Assembly (NCBI GenBank): GCA_963621245.1
Contig: CAVFCW010000004.1
Span: 54,286-118,285 of the forward strand
Direction of reading: 5' to 3'
From: an uncultured Prevotella sp.
GTDB lineage: Bacteria; Bacillota; Clostridia; Oscillospirales; Acutalibacteraceae
DNA: 64,000 nt
The number at the start of each line of letters is the position of its first letter. The first letter of the stretch is position 1. The notes beneath the pieces were generated by a model. That model made no database searches, was not told the DNA's origin, and saw nothing but the letters and a program-made list of their open reading frames with translations. Both the position numbers and the translations under genes were made by a program. This document shows, one piece after another, positions 1 through 9,637 of the stretch.

Positions 1-1
1 C

Positions 2-220
2 AGCGTTCCTAACTACGGTAAGGAAGGAAGGGGAGTTCGACTTCTGCCGGGCATGGTAATCGCCATTGAACCAATGGTTAACGTCGGTGATTTCAGAGTT
101 AAAGTTCTGAACGACGGTTGGACCACAAAAACTATCGACGGAAAACTGGCTGCCCACTTTGAGCACACAATTGCCATCACAACAAACGGCCCCGTTATTC
201 TGACGAATGCGGACGATTGA
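2..220 (+). CDS. map: methionine aminopeptidase type I, C-terminal fragment (5' end outside window)
   Basis: Frame 2 reads ..[52 protein letters not shown].. and ends at TGA 218-220. These are conserved MetAP C-terminal blocks, and the gene sits in the usual slot upstream of infA. Confidence 0.85.
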   Translation, partial: SVPNYGKEGRGVRLLPGMVIAIEPMVNVGDFRVKVLNDGWTTKTIDGKLAAHFEHTIAITTNGPVILTNADD

Positions 221-228
221 GGTGGCAC

Positions 229-471
229 GTGTTTCAAAGAGGACAATTAGTTATGTCTAAAGCAGGCAAGGAAAAGGATAAGTTTTTAGTCGTTGTCGGC
301 ATAGAGAAAAATATGCTCATGCTTTGCGACGGCAAGAGGCGTACCCTTGAGAAGCCTAAGCTCAAAAAGGATATTCATGTTCAAAAGACAAATATCTTTT
401 TAAAAGAAGAACAGCTTTTGACAGACAAGAAGATAAGACATGCGTTAAAGGATCATAACGCAAAAGGTTAA
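229..471 (+). CDS. small KOW-domain-like RNA-binding protein (conserved slot between map and infA)
   Basis: Track ORF 217-471. GTG 229 follows GAGGTGG, although the spacing is very short, about 2 nt. ATG 253 is an alternative start. The product is Lys-rich (..SKAGKEKDKFLVVVG..). The family call rests on position and motif memory only. Confidence 0.5.
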   Translation: MFQRGQLVMSKAGKEKDKFLVVVGIEKNMLMLCDGKRRTLEKPKLKKDIHVQKTNIFLKEEQLLTDKKIRHALKDHNAKG

Positions 472-483
472 TGGAGGATATAA

Positions 484-702
484 ATGTCTAGACAGGACGT
501 AATCGAACTTGAAGGCGTCGTTAAAGAAGCTCTGCCTAACGCAACATTTAATGTTGAGCTTCCGAACGGCCACGTTATCTTAGCTCACATTTCGGGAAAG
601 CTCAGAATGAACTACATCCGAATTCTTCCCGGTGATAAGGTAACAATCGAGATGTCACCGTACGATCTCACAAAGGGACGTATCACGTGGCGCTCTAAGT
701 AA
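484..702 (+). CDS. infA: translation initiation factor IF-1
   Basis: 72-aa protein, [53 protein letters not shown], a typical IF-1 S1 fold. GGAGG lies upstream. Confidence 0.97.
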   Translation: MSRQDVIELEGVVKEALPNATFNVELPNGHVILAHISGKLRMNYIRILPGDKVTIEMSPYDLTKGRITWRSK

Positions 703-746
703 GAAATTAAAACGAATTTTAATCCCACTTTAAGGAGGGCACACAA

Positions 747-860
747 ATGAAAGTCAGACCTTCTGTTAAGAAAATGTGTGAAAAATGCAAGATCATCAAG
801 CGCAAGGGTAAGATCATGGTTATTTGTGAGAACCCTAAGCACAAGCAGCGCCAGGGTTAA
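747..860 (+). CDS. rpmJ: 50S ribosomal protein L36 (37 aa, below the ORF-track cutoff)
   Basis: Hand translation gives [37 protein letters not shown]. An AAGGAGG site lies 8 nt upstream, and the gene is in its canonical position between infA and rpsM. Confidence 0.95.
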   Translation: MKVRPSVKKMCEKCKIIKRKGKIMVICENPKHKQRQG

Positions 861-894
861 TTACCCGGTGTCAAACTAATGGAGGTGCAAAAGC

Positions 895-1263
895 ATGGCT
901 CGTATTTCAGGTATTGACTTACCAAGAGACAAGAGAATCGAGATTGCTCTTACATACATCTACGGTATCGGCCGTAAGACAGCTACAGACATCTGCGCAA
1001 ACACAGGCGTAGATCCTGACATCAGAGTAAGAGACCTTTCTGAGGATGACGCTCAGAAAATCAGAGATTATATAGATCAGAACTGCGTAGTTGAAGGTGA
1101 TCTTCGCCGTGACGTAGCTTTTGATATTAAGAGACTTATCGAGATTGGCTGCTACCGTGGCGTTCGTCACAGAAAGGGCTTACCGGTAAGAGGTCAGCGT
1201 TCTAAGACCAATGCAAGAACACGCAAGGGTCCTAGAAAGACAATGGCAAACAAGAAGAAGTAA
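895..1263 (+). CDS. rpsM: 30S ribosomal protein S13
   Basis: [27 protein letters not shown].. is a canonical S13 N-terminus. Confidence 0.97.
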   Translation: MARISGIDLPRDKRIEIALTYIYGIGRKTATDICANTGVDPDIRVRDLSEDDAQKIRDYIDQNCVVEGDLRRDVAFDIKRLIEIGCYRGVRHRKGLPVRGQRSKTNARTRKGPRKTMANKKK

Positions 1264-1279
1264 TCGGAGGGATCATTAA

Positions 1280-1684
1280 ATGGCAGCAGTAAAAGGTAAA
1301 AAAGCTACCACAGTTCGCAGACGCCGTGAGCGCAAGAACATTGAGCGTGGAGCTGCTCATATCCAGTCCACTTTTAACAATACAATCGTAACAATCACAG
1401 ACCTTCAGGGCAATGCTGTTTCATGGGCAAGCGCAGGCGAGCTCGGATTCCGCGGCTCAAGAAAGTCTACTCCGTTTGCAGCACAGTCCGCTGCAGAGAC
1501 AGCTGCTAAGGCTGCTATGGATCATGGTATGAAGACAGTTGAGGTCTACGTAAAGGGACCGGGAGCAGGCCGTGAGGCAGCTATCCGTGCTCTTCAGGCA
1601 ACAGGTCTTGAAGTTTACATGATTAAGGATGTTACACCAATCCCACATAACGGATGCCGTCCTCCCAAGAGAAGACGTGTATAA
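1280..1684 (+). CDS. rpsK: 30S ribosomal protein S11
   Basis: ..[46 protein letters not shown] is a canonical S11 sequence. Confidence 0.97.
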   Translation: MAAVKGKKATTVRRRRERKNIERGAAHIQSTFNNTIVTITDLQGNAVSWASAGELGFRGSRKSTPFAAQSAAETAAKAAMDHGMKTVEVYVKGPGAGREAAIRALQATGLEVYMIKDVTPIPHNGCRPPKRRRV

Positions 1685-1704
1685 CCGAGCAGGAGGTATA
1701 GATA

Positions 1705-2310
1705 ATGGCAAAGAATATGCAGCCAATCGCTAAGCGCTGCAAAGCGCTCGGCCTGTCACCCGCAGTAATGGGTTACTCCAAGAAGACAACTAACCGCAAC
1801 CCGAAGGGCACCATGAGACGTAAGCAGACAGAGTACGGTCTCCAGCTCAACGAGAAGCAGAAGGTTAAGTTCGTATATGGCGTTCTCGAGAAGCAGTTCC
1901 ACGATTATTACCTCAAGGCTGAGAAGGCTGAGGGAATCACCGGTGAGAATCTTCTTTGCTTACTCGAGAGAAGATTAGACAACGTTGTATTCCGTGCAGG
2001 ATTTGCAACAACACGCCGCGAGGCAAGACAGTCCGTTACACACGGCCACTTCCTCGTAAACGGTAAGAAGGTTGATATCCCGTCCTACCAGGTAAAGGCT
2101 GGCGACGTCATCGAGGTTTGTGAGAAGAGCAGATCAAGCGCTAGATTCTCCAAGTTTGTCGGTGCTGACGCAGTTGAGGTTACTTTACCGGCTTGGATCG
2201 AGAGACCGAACAAGGACGAGCTCAAAGTTCAGCTCACAAGACTCCCTGTTCGTGCAGATGTTGACTTCCCTGTAGAAGAGCATCTCATCGTCGAGTTGTA
2301 CTCCAAGTAA
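1705..2310 (+). CDS. rpsD: 30S ribosomal protein S4
   Basis: 201 aa. The sequence ..[47 protein letters not shown] is S4/S4-domain. Confidence 0.97.
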   Translation: MAKNMQPIAKRCKALGLSPAVMGYSKKTTNRNPKGTMRRKQTEYGLQLNEKQKVKFVYGVLEKQFHDYYLKAEKAEGITGENLLCLLERRLDNVVFRAGFATTRREARQSVTHGHFLVNGKKVDIPSYQVKAGDVIEVCEKSRSSARFSKFVGADAVEVTLPAWIERPNKDELKVQLTRLPVRADVDFPVEEHLIVELYSK

Positions 2311-2400
2311 TGCCCCTAAAAATAAGTCCCCTAAAGGAAATATTATTTTCTTCAGGACATTTTTTGAGCAATTTTTTGCTGATTGTAAAGGAGGATCGCG

Positions 2401-3369
2401 ATGATTGAGATAGAAAGACCTAATATAAAAGTCGAAGAGATCAAAGAGGAAGAAAACTACGGCAGATTTCTTGTAGAGCCTCTCGAGAGAGGTTTCGGTA
2501 CTACACTCGGAAACAGCTTAAGAAGAGTTCTTCTCTCAAGCCTTCCCGGCGTAGCAGTTAAATCTGTTACAATCCGCGACGTTCTTCATGAGTTCTCCAC
2601 AATAAAGGGCGTAAAAGAAGATGTTGCTGAGATAATTCTCAACATTAAGGGAATTATCGCGAAGCTTGAGTGCGACGGACCTAAGACTGTCATCATTGAC
2701 GCTGAGGGTGAATGCGAAGTAACCGCAGGCGACATCAAGAGCGACAGTGAGGTAGAGATTCTCAACCCGGGCCTTCATATCGCTACACTTGATCAGGATG
2801 CAAAACTCTATATGGAGATTGAGCTTGATAAGGGCAGAGGATATGTTTCCGGCGAGAGAAACAAAGCAACTATGCCTGCCGGTGTTATCGGAAAATTAGC
2901 GGTTGATTCATTGTTCTCACCTGTATCCAAGGTAAACTTCAGCGTTGAGCCCACAAGAGTCGGTCAGTCGATCGATTACGATAAGCTCACATTGGAGGTT
3001 TGGACAAACGGAGTTATCACTCCGCAGGAGGCTGTATCTCTTGCTGCTAAGATTCTTACCGATCACCTTTCACTCTTTGTTGACTTATCCGAAAGCGGTA
3101 AGAAGGCAGAGATTATGGTTGAGAAGGATGATGACGGCAGAGAGAAGATCCTTGAGATGACAATTGAAGAGCTCGATTTATCGGTTCGTTCATTTAACTG
3201 TCTCAAGCGTGCAGGAATCAATACTGTTGAGGATCTTATCAACAAGTCCGAGGAGGACATGATGAAGGTTCGCAACCTTGGTAAAAAGTCACTTGATGAG
3301 GTTATCTGGAAAATGGGAACTCTCGGATACACCCTTCGCAAGGACGACGACAAATCTTATAAGGAATAA
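2401..3369 (+). CDS. rpoA: DNA-directed RNA polymerase subunit alpha
   Basis: 322 aa. It has [30 protein letters not shown] and the C-terminal domain [21 protein letters not shown]. Confidence 0.97.
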   Translation: MIEIERPNIKVEEIKEEENYGRFLVEPLERGFGTTLGNSLRRVLLSSLPGVAVKSVTIRDVLHEFSTIKGVKEDVAEIILNIKGIIAKLECDGPKTVIIDAEGECEVTAGDIKSDSEVEILNPGLHIATLDQDAKLYMEIELDKGRGYVSGERNKATMPAGVIGKLAVDSLFSPVSKVNFSVEPTRVGQSIDYDKLTLEVWTNGVITPQEAVSLAAKILTDHLSLFVDLSESGKKAEIMVEKDDDGREKILEMTIEELDLSVRSFNCLKRAGINTVEDLINKSEEDMMKVRNLGKKSLDEVIWKMGTLGYTLRKDDDKSYKE

Positions 3370-3381
3370 GGAGTGATATCA

Positions 3382-3723
3382 ATGCCGGGAACAAGAAAAC
3401 TCGGAAGAGACACTGCTCATAGAACAGCTATGCTTAGAGGTCTCGTTACATTCTTCTTTGAGACAGGAAGAATCGAGACTACATATACAAGAGCTAAAGA
3501 AGTTCAGGCTTTGGCCGAGAAGTTCATCACAATAGCTAAGGAAGATAATCTCAACAACAGACGTAAGGCTCTTTCCTTCATCACAAAGGAAGCTGTAGTC
3601 AACAAGCTCTTTACTGAGATTGCTCCGAAGTACGCTGATCGCAACGGTGGTTACACAAGAGTCACAAAGACTGGCCCCCGCCGCGGTGACGCTGCTGAGA
3701 TGGCTATTATGGAGCTCGTCTAA
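3382..3723 (+). CDS. rplQ: 50S ribosomal protein L17
   Basis: [23 protein letters not shown].. is the canonical L17 start. ATG 3382 is preferred over the track start GTG 3373 because AAGGAATAAGGAG lies upstream. Confidence 0.95.
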   Translation: MPGTRKLGRDTAHRTAMLRGLVTFFFETGRIETTYTRAKEVQALAEKFITIAKEDNLNNRRKALSFITKEAVVNKLFTEIAPKYADRNGGYTRVTKTGPRRGDAAEMAIMELV

Positions 3724-3786
3724 TCGAATTATATTCGGTTAAGCAGTTTTATAAGCTTATCGATTCTGTATTAAATACGGATTATA

Positions 3787-3827
3787 CCCTCGATTTAACG
3801 AAAGTTATTTCGAGGGTTTTTTATTTT
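3787..3827 (+). terminator. intrinsic terminator of the alpha operon
   Basis: Stem CCCTCGA (3787-3793) pairs with TCGAGGG (3810-3816), followed by TTTTTTATTTT. Confidence 0.6.
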
Positions 3828-3892
3828 GATTTGGTGCGTAAGCGGAGTAAGTTTTCAACAATCTTTTCTTGCTTGTTTAAAACAAAAGAGCT

Positions 3893-3937
3893 AAAAGAAA
3901 AAAAGGCAGCCCAAGCTATAAATAAGCTTGGGCTGCC
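3893..3937 (-). terminator. intrinsic terminator of hflX
   Basis: A 13-bp stem, GGCAGCCCAAGCT / AGCTTGGGCTGCC (3905-3937). On the - strand it is followed by a T-run (the + strand A-run at 3893-3904). Confidence 0.65.
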
Positions 3938-3952
3938 TTTAAGTAAAACAAA

Positions 3953-5224
3953 TCAGTTAGTTGTACTCTCAAATTCTTTGCATTTTCCGTAAAGTCTCGG
4001 ATCAACGCTGGCTTTTATTTTAAGTCCCTCGGCAACGTATTCTTCGCTGATAACCGTACCGTCACGCCTTATTTCAGCGGCAAGCCCCGATTTTGAGAAC
4101 GGGAGCAAAAACTCCGCTTCAATGTTTTTTTCGGGAAGTGCTTCTTCTATCGCGGCTAAAAGTTCGTCAATGCCTTCACCTTTCAAAGCGGAAATATGTA
4201 CCGCACCGTGAATGTGCGGCGCCGAGACAAACATCTCCTCGTTTTCCACTTTGTCCCACTTGTTGAGAACGGGGATTATCGGTCTCGATTCGCTGCCGAG
4301 TTCGTGCAAAATCTCGTTCGTGACATCAAGATGTATTTGTGCCTCGGGGGAGCTTGCATCACATACATTCAAAATTATATCGGCGGTTGCGGCTTGTTCG
4401 AGTGTCGATTTAAAAGCCTCCACAAGATGGTGCGGAATTCGTCTTACAAGTCCAACGGTATCGATAAGCATAATATTTTTTCCGCACGGTAATTTCAGTG
4501 CTCTCGCCGTTGGATCAAGAGTGGCAAAAAGTTTATCCTCTGCCAAAACACCTGCATCAGTTAGAAAATTCATAAGAGTGGATTTTCCCGCATTGGTGTA
4601 GCCGACAAGTGCGCATGTGATCGTGCCGTTTTTCTCTCGTCTGCGGTTGATTTCCGCACGGTTTTTCTCAACGTCGGCAAGGGCGTCCTTTAGATTCTCG
4701 ATTCGTCTTCTTATGTGGCGGCGGTCTGTCTCGAGCTTTGTCTCGCCGGGGCCTCGTGTGCCGATTCCTCCGCCGAGTCTCGAAAGTGCGGTTCCTCTGC
4801 CCGTGAGACGGGGCATCATATATCTAAGCTGTGCGATTTCAACCTGAAGCTTGCCCTCCTTGGTTTTTGCACGAATGGCAAAAATATCGAGAATGAGCAT
4901 GGTGCGGTCGATAACACGGCAGTCGGTTTCGTCCTCAAGATTTCTTATCTGAATGGGTGTGAGCTCTCTGTCAAAGATGATGAGATCGATCTCGTTGTTT
5001 TGGCAGAACTCTTTTATTTCTTCAAGCATTCCCGTGCCGACGCACGTGCCCGTTTTCACGGAGTCTCTCTTCTGAATTTTGGTTGCGACAGGCTCGGCGC
5101 CCGCACTTTTGGCAAGCTCCCAAAGCTCGTCCATACTGCTCTCGGCGTCAAATTCACCGGTGTCAACTCCGACAAGAAGCGCTCTCTCGGGCTTTATTTC
5201 GGTTATATGAAAATCATTTGCCAT
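3953..5224 (-). CDS. hflX: GTPase HflX
   Basis: HflX N-domain (ELAKSAGAEPV.., QVEIAQLRYMMPRL) plus G-domain motifs (GYTNAGKST, DTVG, NKWD). The start is placed at MANDFHI because AAGGAG lies 8 nt upstream. The track ORF extends to 5332. Confidence 0.9.
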   Translation of the reverse strand: MANDFHITEIKPERALLVGVDTGEFDAESSMDELWELAKSAGAEPVATKIQKRDSVKTGTCVGTGMLEEIKEFCQNNEIDLIIFDRELTPIQIRNLEDETDCRVIDRTMLILDIFAIRAKTKEGKLQVEIAQLRYMMPRLTGRGTALSRLGGGIGTRGPGETKLETDRRHIRRRIENLKDALADVEKNRAEINRRREKNGTITCALVGYTNAGKSTLMNFLTDAGVLAEDKLFATLDPTARALKLPCGKNIMLIDTVGLVRRIPHHLVEAFKSTLEQAATADIILNVCDASSPEAQIHLDVTNEILHELGSESRPIIPVLNKWDKVENEEMFVSAPHIHGAVHISALKGEGIDELLAAIEEALPEKNIEAEFLLPFSKSGLAAEIRRDGTVISEEYVAEGLKIKASVDPRLYGKCKEFESTTN

Positions 5225-5325
5225 GAATAAATCTCCTTGCTTTTTCATCCTGAAGTAAAGTATATCATAAGATGAGATTTTTTGCCATATGTCCGAAAAG
5301 TTAATGTGTGAGAAAAACCTCAATA

Positions 5326-5354
5326 TTGACAAATTTGTTAAACGGTGATAAAAT
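5326..5354 (+). promoter_or_regulatory. putative sigma-A promoter of the fab operon (TTGACA-17-TGaTAAAAT)
   Basis: TTGACA at 5326-5331, a 17-nt spacer ending in TGA, and TAAAAT at 5349-5354, 40 nt upstream of the FabT-like ATG. Confidence 0.6.
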
Positions 5355-5393
5355 AGTTAGCGAAACTAATTAATTAATGAGGGGCGAAGAGAT

Positions 5394-5855
5394 ATGTCAG
5401 AATTTTCTCAGAAGCTAAGCGACAAACTCCGTGAGGTCAGTATGAACATCTCCCAGCTCGAGGAGGCGGCTTTAAAGGACAGCGGAATCGGGCTTACCCT
5501 GAGTGAAATGCATTTGCTTGGATTTATCTATAACTACGAGAACGCCTACGGCGTCGGTGCGGGAGTTAAGATAAGCGATATAGCCGATGCACTCAGCATA
5601 TCGAGGCCGTCGGCAACCGTGGGCGTAAAAAAACTGTTTTCAAAGGGCTATGTCCTCAAGACGCGTAACCCTGAGGACGGAAGAGTGATGGCGGCTTGTC
5701 TTACAACAAGCGGCAGACGGGTTTATAACCGTCACAGAAAGTCGCAGAGCGAGGTTCTCGAAAAACTCGAGAAAGAATTCACTCATGAACAGCAGGATAT
5801 TCTCCTGAGAGCGGTAGACAGAATGACCGAATATTTCAGGGGCTACAAAAAGTAA
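5394..5855 (+). CDS. MarR-family transcriptional regulator, FabT-like by position
   Basis: 153 aa with a winged helix-turn-helix (DIADALSISRPSATVGVKKLFSKGYVLKTRNPEDGR). It is the first gene of the fab cluster, as fabT is in streptococci and clostridia. Confidence 0.8.
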   Translation: MSEFSQKLSDKLREVSMNISQLEEAALKDSGIGLTLSEMHLLGFIYNYENAYGVGAGVKISDIADALSISRPSATVGVKKLFSKGYVLKTRNPEDGRVMAACLTTSGRRVYNRHRKSQSEVLEKLEKEFTHEQQDILLRAVDRMTEYFRGYKK

Positions 5856-5884
5856 TATTGAGTAAAGAGTAAAGGACAGAAAAA

Positions 5885-6847
5885 ATGAATTTCAAGGTAC
5901 TCGGTACGGGAAGCTACATTCCTCCGAGAGTTGTCACAAACGACGAGCTCTCGACAATGGTAGACGCAAACGATAAGTCGATAACAAAGCTTGTCGGAAT
6001 AAAAGAAAGACATGTTTCGGTAGACGAGAACACCTCACAGATGGGAACAAAGGCGGCTTTGGCGGCGCTTGAGAACAGCGGCACAAAAGCGGAGGACTTG
6101 GATCTCATCTTGGCGGTCACAATGACGGCGGAGTACGCAAACCCGGGTATATCTGCAATGATTCAGCGTGATATCGGTGCCACTTGTCCCGCAATGGATA
6201 TAGGCGGAGCCGCTTGCACAGGATTTATGTTCCTCATGGAAACCTGTGCTTCTTTTATGGCTACTGGAAAGTACAAAAAGGTTCTTTTGGTGGCAAGCGA
6301 AAGACTCAGCGGTATCACCGATTGGTCGGATAAAAACACGGCAATCATCTTTGCGGACGGTGCGGGCGCATTGGTCGTTTCCGACGAGGAAGATAATCTT
6401 CTTGCAAGCGAGCTTCACACCTACGGTGAGGACGAGACGATAGTCGTTCCCAGTGTGACAGGTGAAAGCCCGTTCTGGCAAGGCGAAAAGGTCGAGAAAG
6501 TAAGCATTTACATGAACGGCACAAAAACCTATCGTTTTGCCATTGCTCAGATGAGACAAATCATGGAAAATATGATGGATAAGCTCAGCATCACGGGGGA
6601 GGACATAAAGTGGGTACTTCCTCATCAGGCAAACATCAGAATTATCAACGAGGCAAAGAAAAAAATTCCGGTCGCTCAGGAAAAATTCAGAACAACAATC
6701 GAGAAGTACGGAAACATCTCTTCGGCTTGCATACCTGTTTTGCTCGATGAGCTCAACAGAAACGGCGAGATTCAGCGCGGTGATCTGCTTGCGATGGTTG
6801 CCTTCGGCGGCGGACTTCACAGCGGCGGCGCAATTCTTCGTTGGTAA
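5885..6847 (+). CDS. fabH: 3-oxoacyl-ACP synthase III
   Basis: 320 aa with KAS III motifs: GAACTGF (active-site Cys), HQAN, and GNISSACIP..FGGG. Confidence 0.95.
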   Translation: MNFKVLGTGSYIPPRVVTNDELSTMVDANDKSITKLVGIKERHVSVDENTSQMGTKAALAALENSGTKAEDLDLILAVTMTAEYANPGISAMIQRDIGATCPAMDIGGAACTGFMFLMETCASFMATGKYKKVLLVASERLSGITDWSDKNTAIIFADGAGALVVSDEEDNLLASELHTYGEDETIVVPSVTGESPFWQGEKVEKVSIYMNGTKTYRFAIAQMRQIMENMMDKLSITGEDIKWVLPHQANIRIINEAKKKIPVAQEKFRTTIEKYGNISSACIPVLLDELNRNGEIQRGDLLAMVAFGGGLHSGGAILRW

Positions 6848-6960
6848 AATTTAATGAATGAAATTTCTTCTACATATGTGGAAAAACATTCAAAAGTTAG
6901 CAAATTATTAATGATTTAAATATATAATAGTCCTACTGATAAGAAAGGATGCGAATTGAT

Positions 6961-7905
6961 ATGATAAAAACACCTCTTTGCGATTTGCTTGGAATCGAAT
7001 ATCCGATTTTCCAGGGCGGTATGGCATGGATAAGCGACGGAAAGTTAGCCGGCGCAGTCTCCGAGGCAGGCGGTCTCGGAATTATTTCCGCAATGAATGC
7101 AAACGCAGATTATTTGAGAGAGCAGATTAAAATTGCAAGGGAGATCACCGATAAGCCCTTTGGCGTTAACGTTATGCTCATGAGCCCGTATGCCGCTGAG
7201 GTTGCCGAGCTTATCGCCGAGGAGAAAGTTCCCGTTGTCACAACTGGAGCGGGAAATCCCTCAAAGTTTATGCCGCTTTGGCTTGAAGCGGGAATCAAAG
7301 TTATCCCCGTAGTATCAAGCGTAGGTATGGCTAAGCTTTGCACAAAGGTTGGCGCAACCGCAATAATTGCCGAGGGCAGCGAGTCCGGCGGACACATCGG
7401 TGAGACAAACACAATGCCGCTTGTTCCTCAGGTTGTGGACGCAACTGATCTTCCCGTAATTGCCGCAGGCGGAATTGCAGACGGCAGAGGAGTTGCCGCA
7501 GCGTTCATGCTCGGTGCAGTTGGAGTTCAGCTCGGAACAAGATTCCTTGTCGCAACAGAGTGTAATGTTCACCCGAATTACAAGAAAAAGATTTTAAAGG
7601 CTAACGACAGAGCAACAATCGCAACCGGAAAGAGACTCGGCCACCCCGTAAGAAGCATCGAGAACCAGTTCTCCAAGGGTTACTTCAAGGCAGAGTATTC
7701 CTCTATGCCGGATGAGGATCTCGAAAAGCTCGGCGGCGGCGCACTCAGAAAAGCAGCCGTTGAGGGCAACGAGAAAGAGGGTTGTTTCCTCGCAGGTCAG
7801 GTAGCAGGTATGGTCAATAAGGAGCAGTCTGCAAAGGAGATTATCACGGAGATCTTCACCGAAGCAGAAGAAGTGCTGAAAGGAGCAAACAAATGGCTAA
7901 GATAG
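6961..7905 (+). CDS. fabK: enoyl-ACP reductase II (FMN-dependent, NPD-like)
   Basis: MIKTPLCDLLGIEYPIFQGGMAWISD..GGLGIIS..AEGSESGGHIG is the FabK signature. ATG 6961 is preferred because ATG 6949 abuts its own SD. Confidence 0.9.
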   Translation: MIKTPLCDLLGIEYPIFQGGMAWISDGKLAGAVSEAGGLGIISAMNANADYLREQIKIAREITDKPFGVNVMLMSPYAAEVAELIAEEKVPVVTTGAGNPSKFMPLWLEAGIKVIPVVSSVGMAKLCTKVGATAIIAEGSESGGHIGETNTMPLVPQVVDATDLPVIAAGGIADGRGVAAAFMLGAVGVQLGTRFLVATECNVHPNYKKKILKANDRATIATGKRLGHPVRSIENQFSKGYFKAEYSSMPDEDLEKLGGGALRKAAVEGNEKEGCFLAGQVAGMVNKEQSAKEIITEIFTEAEEVLKGANKWLR

Positions 7906-8810
7906 CTTTTGTTTTTGCGGGACAGGGCGCTCAGTACGAGGGAATGGGAAAATCTCTTACCGAGAAGAGCAAAGCCGCAAAGGAAATTTTCGATATAGCT
8001 GATAAAGTAAGACCCGGAACAAGCGAGCAGTGCTTCACCGCTTCGCTCAGCGAGCTTTCGGTAACAAAGAACACTCAGCCGTGTCTTTATAACGTCGATT
8101 TGGCTTGCGCCGAGGCACTTCGTGAAAACGGAATTGTTCCCAATGCAGTAGCCGGATTTTCTCTCGGTGAGATTGCCGCAATTACATTTGCGGGAGTTGT
8201 CTCGCGTGAGGACGGCATGAAGATAGTCACAAAGAGAGGACTTCTCATGCAAGAGGCTGCAGGCAAGGTTGACAGCGCAATGGCGGCTGTTTTAAAACTC
8301 TCAAACGAAAAGGTCGAGGAGCTCGCTTCAAAGTACGACAAGGTTTATCCCGTTAACTACAATTGCCCGGGTCAGCTTGTTGTAGCGGGTGAGAAATCTG
8401 AGCTTGAGGCTTTTGCGGCTGACGTTGCCGAGGCAAAGGGCAGAGCAAAGATACTCAACGTAAGCGGCGGCTTCCACTCTCCGTTCATGGCAGAGGCGGC
8501 AGACGGTCTCTACGATGAGCTTAAAAATTACGAATTGAAGCTTCCCGAGATTCCCACTTACTCCAACTTTACAGCTAAGCCCTATTCAGAGAATGACGAT
8601 ATAGCTTCACTTCTTATGAATCAGGTCAAAAATCCCGTAAGATGGCAGCAGATAGTTGAGAGCATGATTGATGAAGGAATCGATACTTTCATCGAGTGCG
8701 GTGCGGGAAAAACCCTTTCGGGACTTATCAAGAAAATTAATAAAGAAGTTAAAGTATATAACGTTCAGGACGCCGAGAGCTTGGAAACTGTTCTTGGTGA
8801 GCTGAAGTAA
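7893..8810 (+). CDS. fabD: malonyl-CoA:ACP transacylase
   Basis: FVFAGQGAQYEGMG and GFSLGE (active-site Ser). The gene overlaps the fabK stop by 13 nt. Confidence 0.95.
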   Translation: MAKIAFVFAGQGAQYEGMGKSLTEKSKAAKEIFDIADKVRPGTSEQCFTASLSELSVTKNTQPCLYNVDLACAEALRENGIVPNAVAGFSLGEIAAITFAGVVSREDGMKIVTKRGLLMQEAAGKVDSAMAAVLKLSNEKVEELASKYDKVYPVNYNCPGQLVVAGEKSELEAFAADVAEAKGRAKILNVSGGFHSPFMAEAADGLYDELKNYELKLPEIPTYSNFTAKPYSENDDIASLLMNQVKNPVRWQQIVESMIDEGIDTFIECGAGKTLSGLIKKINKEVKVYNVQDAESLETVLGELK

Positions 8811-8825
8811 AAACAAGGAGACAAG

Positions 8826-9569
8826 ATGAGCTTTGATTTAAACGGCAAAATCGCTGTGGTCACGGGTGCGTCAAGCGGAATCGGTAAGGCAACAGCAATA
8901 AAGCTTGCCGAGTGCGGAGCAGACGTGGCGGTTATCTATTCATCATCAAAGGCGGGCGCTGACGAGGCGGTTGAAAAAATCACCGAACTCGGCAGAAAAG
9001 CGGTCGCATATAAGTGCAACGTAGCCGATACCGAGGAAGCCAAAACAACAATCGAGGCAATCCACAAGGAATTCGGCAGAATCGATATTCTCGTCAACAA
9101 TGCGGGAATCACAAGAGACAACCTCATCCTCAAGATGAAGGAGGAGGACTGGGACGCAGTTTTGAATGTCAATTTGAAGGGTGCGTTCAATATGATTAAG
9201 GCAAGCTACAGAATATTCAGCCGCCAGAGAAGCGGAAGAATTATTTCGATAACTTCGGCGTCGGGAATTATCGGCAATGCCGGTCAGGCAAACTATTCCT
9301 CGTCTAAGGCGGGTCTTATCGGACTTACCAAGTCTGTTGCAAGAGAGCTTGCCGGCAGAAACGTAACCGTGAACGCCGTTGCACCGGGATTTATCGAAAC
9401 ACCGATGACTGCGGGCTTTGACGACAGCAATCCGCTTGTTGCAAGTATACCGTTAAAGAGAATGGGCAAGCCCGAGGACGTGGCAAATGCGGTAAGCTTT
9501 TTGGCAAGCGACGAGGCAGAGTATATCACGGGCGTAGTTTTAAGCGTTGACGGCGGAATCGCAATGTGA
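8826..9569 (+). CDS. fabG: 3-oxoacyl-ACP reductase
   Basis: SDR motifs TGASSGIG, NNAGI and YSSSKAG, plus the C-terminal block typical of FabG. Confidence 0.95.
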   Translation: MSFDLNGKIAVVTGASSGIGKATAIKLAECGADVAVIYSSSKAGADEAVEKITELGRKAVAYKCNVADTEEAKTTIEAIHKEFGRIDILVNNAGITRDNLILKMKEEDWDAVLNVNLKGAFNMIKASYRIFSRQRSGRIISITSASGIIGNAGQANYSSSKAGLIGLTKSVARELAGRNVTVNAVAPGFIETPMTAGFDDSNPLVASIPLKRMGKPEDVANAVSFLASDEAEYITGVVLSVDGGIAM

Positions 9570-9637
9570 TAAGCGAAACCGTATGAATAAGAGGTTAAAT
9601 AATCTATATTAATCGTAGTTTACAGGGAATGTGTAAT

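Noticed and set aside
6035-6820. 261-aa ORF on the - strand, antisense to fabH. Other long antisense ORFs lie in fusA (62032-62838), rpoB (52193-53017), the GH42 gene (16990-17826, 18082-18933) and nusA (27328-28023).
   Set aside because: Each lies wholly within a confidently identified + strand gene. None has a recognisable motif or an SD.
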